This document shows, piece after piece, positions 60,226 through 64,000 of a stretch of 64,000 nucleotides of DNA. Position numbers and translations under genes: made by a program. Origin of the DNA: Basidiobolus meristosporus CBS 931.73 (Eukaryota; Fungi; Basidiobolomycota); NCBI GenBank assembly GCA_002104905.1, contig MCFE01000432.1:11947-75946 (forward strand). The letters run 5' to 3'. Each line of letters begins with the position of its first letter. Position 1 is the first letter of the stretch. The notes beneath the pieces were generated by a model. It was not told the DNA's origin. It saw only the letters and a list, made by a program, of their open reading frames with translations, and did no database searches.

Positions 60226-63074
60226 CTAGAACCTCTCTAATAAGTAATCTAATTTATGTTTTGTTTCATCTCTAATGTTTGTTTCAATAAAGTAAAGCTC
60301 ATCAGGGGTAAATATAAAATTCAGGGGTTTTGGGGGAAGTACAAATTGTAGATGTTTCTGATCAATATAATCCAAGACTGGAACCCAGCCTGGGATTAGG
60401 TGTAGTAGGAAAGGTGTGTGGACTTGTAAGTAGCTCTGCCACATAGATCTTAGATGGTCCTGAGCCAGTAGTCTTGGTTTCTCAGCTTTTTGAAGTTTTG
60501 AAGCAAGCTCTGTTACTACAGCAGAGCCAACCAGGGTGTGCCAGCAAGAAGATTTCAGGGAGGAGTTAGATTGAAGCCATAGTTTGATGGAGGGGTTATG
60601 TGATTTCTGAAGTTTGACTAGGAAGGAAGCCCGGAGATAGATCATTCGGATTTGGTATGGGTAGAACCCAAAGGCTCCATTAGTTGCATGGATATAGGGA
60701 GATACTGGAAGATAAGGTACCAAGGATCTGATACACTGATGGAGAAATTTATCCAGGCGGTGAAGTTCTCTGGAGGTTAGGGGTATAATGTGGAGACCAA
60801 ATTCAAGTACTGGCAGCACATACTGCTTCAGAAGTATAGGGATCTTTTGAATTGGAGTGTCTGGAGTGACTACTACCAGAAGCTTTTTGAGAGCCTGTTG
60901 GGCAAGACGGATCCTATTATTCAGGTGGAGCTTTGAGTCAATCCCATGTTGACAAAACGGCAGACCTAGATATATTGCAGTTTGTTGTGGCAGAATGCTA
61001 GTGTTCTGTATAGTTGTAGTGCATCCAATTGGGACTGTCTTGGAAATTGAGAGTGAGAGGTTGTTGGCAGCCAAGTACTTCTCAATGATGGCAGTGTCTG
61101 CTATGGGATTAGGAGTAGCAATCTTGATATCATCCGCATAGAGAGTTAGTAGTGGATAGGGAGAGTCTGGTGAGGGGCCTTTTGGAAATAAAGGAAAGTC
61201 ATGTAGGAATATCACAAATAGTAAGGGACCTAGTACAGATCCTTGGACTACTCCATTTGGAACCTCATAAGTCTCTGATGTGCAACTTGGATGCAAAATT
61301 TTGGCTGAGTTCTCACAAAATAGAGAACGTACAAGAAGGGTCATTGGTAGTGTGGTAACTGCTAATAGCTTTCTCCAAAGCAGAGCTCTGTCCACAGAGT
61401 CAAAGGCTTTAGTAATGTCAAACAGAATGGTTGGCAATGAGAATTGAAGTGAATGATCATGGCTTAGCACTACAGCCATATCCAAGGAGAGTTTGGGCAA
61501 GAAGCCAAACTGAGAAGGATGGAATGGATATAGTTGAGATTGCAAGGATCTTGCTATCATAAGCTCAAAGATTTTCCGGCAGGTTGGTAGGAGTGAAACT
61601 GGCCGGTAAGAACCTGGGAGTGAGTGTTTCCCCTTCCCTTTGTATAAGGGTATTACATTTGCCTGTGACCAGGCCTTTGGGGTAGTCAATTGTTGGGCAC
61701 AGATAGAGTAGAATGGGAGAAGTAAGTGACTCATTTTGGAGTAGCACACCCGGAGTAGATCGTAGGTAATCAAGTCATGTCCAGGTGCAGTATTTGCAGG
61801 AAGCTTCTTTAAAATTTTCTCCAGAAGCTTTGCTGAAACCACAATTGGAGATGTTGGACTGGTGGATATGTTACCAGTATGGTAGAAAGGAGGAGTGGGA
61901 TGCATGGTTGAATCAAAGAATATAGGGGCCAGTTTGTCTGGTGATGGTATACTCCTTGCTTGGGGTCTCATGGCTTTGTATACTCTTGATATGGACCTTG
62001 TGGTGGCATTCATATTTACTAAGGGCAAGGTATCCATGATATGAGCCCATAATCTAGTATGCTCAGTGATCTGTAGTGACTTGGAGTAGGAGATTGCGCT
62101 TTCCAGGAGGTTCTGTGTTTTTGGGTTAGGGAAACATAGGTAGCTGGAATTTAAGGCAGAAATGATGGATTTCCATTTAAGTTGGTTTGCAGATGGCTTT
62201 TGGTAGGACTTGGTGGGCAGGGCCAGACAGCCAGTGATTATGATGAAATGCTGGTAAAATAGCCATAATGCATTTATATCATCACAAATCCATGCAGGTA
62301 AGCTGGGAAATGCATATTCTGTAAGCAAGGATAGGTAGTTGGCAAAGTCCTGTGTCTGTGATACTGAAGCTTTGGCTGGCAGGATTGTAAACGGCTGAAG
62401 AAGGGTGCCAATTGGTAGGGTTTTTCTGGCAGAAATGATAATATGTATTGGCTTGTGATCAGATTTCTCTAGTGAACCACAGCTGATATCCTCTGGAATG
62501 CTTGTAACCTGGTGGATGTACTGTAAGGCAGCTGGAGTAGCTGTTACCCAGTCAACACAACGTTGAGCTTGCTGAGTGTTTACAGTGACCAGATGATTTT
62601 GTCGGAGGAACTTTTTAAAGTGCTCCTCTCGGGTTCTAAGTCTGGATGAAATAGTGGTGATATTTTCAGGGTGGGGATATTTATATCTCCCACTACCATA
62701 CAAGGGATTGATGAGCTGTTGATGAATTCTGATGTGGCCAAGAAAATTGCCAGTGTTATGGAGTTAGACAGAGATGGAGGGAGATAGATAATAATGGCTA
62801 CTATAGTTGGAAGTGTTAGAGCATAGCAGTAATACTCATAGATGATGGATACATTTGCTGAGGGTGCAAGCTTAGAAGATGAAAGAGCAACAAGTGCCAT
62901 TGAGTGAGCTGGAAATTTTGGGTGAGCAGATGAATATGCATTCAGTCTAGAGGGAAGTTTTGGCAACTTAACATCAATTAGTAGGAGCAAGGAATATTCC
63001 TTTTTCAGTAAGTTTTCTAATTCAGCTACAGTTGGAGTGATGGAGTTGCAATTGAGTAAGAGTATGTTCTGTAG
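60226..63074 (-). CDS. Retroelement ORF2 (APE endonuclease + reverse transcriptase), no ATG start, in frame with ORF1; 1-nt indel near 62675
   Basis: Joins track ORFs 62580-62990 and 60226-62703; copy 1 is continuous (GDLNIPHPEN) across the same point. Confidence 0.8.
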
Positions 63075-64000
63075 TCAGGCAGACTCTGAGGTTGCCTGTT
63101 CCTGCTGAAACTCTTGCACTGCCCTTTGTAAATTTCCAGAATTATTCCACAACTCTTCAAATGGAGCTTGCGTAATGTCTTTCAGGATTCTAATTGCTTC
63201 CTCTTTCAAGAAGTAGGCCACATCATAGGTTGGAGCCTGTTTCTTAATGGCAGCAAAGAAAGCCATAATTGCCATGTGAGCTGGCGGCTTGTTGAATATT
63301 CCTGGCTCAGTGTCCATTGACTCTGGTGGAATGATTGTGAATTTGGTAGGCACCCAGTTTAGATTTTTTGCCAGATACTTAGTCAATGCAGTGGAGAAGT
63401 TTCTGTCTACAATCATTTCTAGGATCTTTCCTCTTCTCCAAGCTAGGTTAACAATTTTTGAAGTGTCAATATTTAGAGAGCGGAATGTATGTCTGATGTT
63501 TGATATAGTAGTCCATGGAACATTGGCAAAGTATAGCAAGGACCAATTCTGGAGCTGAGGTAAGTTTGCTGGAGGCTTATAGGTAGACTTCCTGGCAGGT
63601 TGTGTGGTAGGCTTTAGTGTTTCCAAGGTAGCAAGTTGTGGTTGAGACTTTTTGGAATTACGTATGACTTTGGAAAGAATTCTGCCAGCAACTGTGTCAG
63701 GAATGTTAGTACTCATTGATGGTGCAGGGCCTGGCTCCTGGTACTGCTTTTGTAGAATACTTGAGTATGTCTCTTTTTGTTTTCCTTTATCCAATGTGCT
63801 ATGCCTTGGAATGGGATTTTGGGGAATAGAGACTTCAGGTATCAACTCTGGGGTCTGGTGATTGTCCAACATTGTTGCTTGAGCTTCCAGCTTTTCCTCT
63901 AAGATTTGAACTCTCTGCTTAAGCTCATCATTTGACGCTATAAGTGTTGCATTGTTTGGAGCCAGGTCAGGTGTTGAGTTATGAAGCAGGTTGAGCAGCG
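63075..64000 (-). CDS. Retroelement ORF1 (gag-like), partial
   Basis: Frame stays open upstream of the ORF-track start (coiled coil ELKQRVQILEEKLE); TYSSILQK motif. Confidence 0.8.
   Translation of the reverse strand, partial: LLNLLHNSTPDLAPNNATLIASNDELKQRVQILEEKLEAQATMLDNHQTPELIPEVSIPQNPIPRHSTLDKGKQKETYSSILQKQYQEPGPAPSMSTNIPDTVAGRILSKVIRNSKKSQPQLATLETLKPTTQPARKSTYKPPANLPQLQNWSLLYFANVPWTTISNIRHTFRSLNIDTSKIVNLAWRRGKILEMIVDRNFSTALTKYLAKNLNWVPTKFTIIPPESMDTEPGIFNKPPAHMAIMAFFAAIKKQAPTYDVAYFLKEEAIRILKDITQAPFEELWNNSGNLQRAVQEFQQEQATSESA

Larger units (their letters stand above)
60143..64000 (-). mobile_element. Non-LTR retrotransposon copy 2 (ORF1 + APE-RT ORF2), extends beyond the window
   Basis: ORF1 open from 64000 to TGA 63075-63077; ORF2 APE (ILLLNCNSI, YLPP, GDIN, SDH) and RT (YRPVSLL, FDITKAFDSVDR, YADD) to 60226; one frameshift at 62673-62676. 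Confidence 0.92.

Noticed and set aside
62673-62676. Programmed frameshift inside ORF2 of copy 2
   Set aside because: Copy 1 is in frame across the same GDxNIPHPEN site; the break is one missing base in a C run, so mutation or assembly error is more likely
56813-64000. Penelope-like (Athena/Coprina) or MoTeR identity
   Set aside because: An N-terminal APE domain and LINE-type RT motifs are present; no GIY-YIG or C-terminal restriction-like endonuclease motif was seen

Overview
Eukaryotic DNA from an intron-containing fungus. Rab18, NELF-B and 50-60 nt introns suggest an early-diverging lineage (Zoopagomycota/Mucoromycota-like), but the species cannot be assigned from sequence alone. Bases 1-48.6 kb are gene-dense. 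They hold housekeeping genes, two tRNAs, three AAAP amino-acid transporters, a long Gly-rich secreted repeat protein, a tropomyosin with an internal exon duplication, a NELF-B (COBRA1) homologue, an intronless bacterial-type deaminase, an ENA-type ATPase and an intron-bearing epsilon-poly-L-lysine synthetase (Pls/PosA)-like NRPS. From 48.6 kb the window looks subtelomeric, with CpG-depleted relics, duplications and pseudogenes. It ends (56.8-64 kb) in a head-to-tail array of APE-RT non-LTR retroelements. All lie on the minus strand, lack a poly(A) tail, end in a conserved hairpin and are joined through TTAGGG repeats. The array includes an ORF1-only non-autonomous member and an ORF1/ORF2 junction that is an in-frame TGA-CTA readthrough context. 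Coordinates of spliced genes were read by hand and are approximate. All family calls rest on motif recognition, not database searches.
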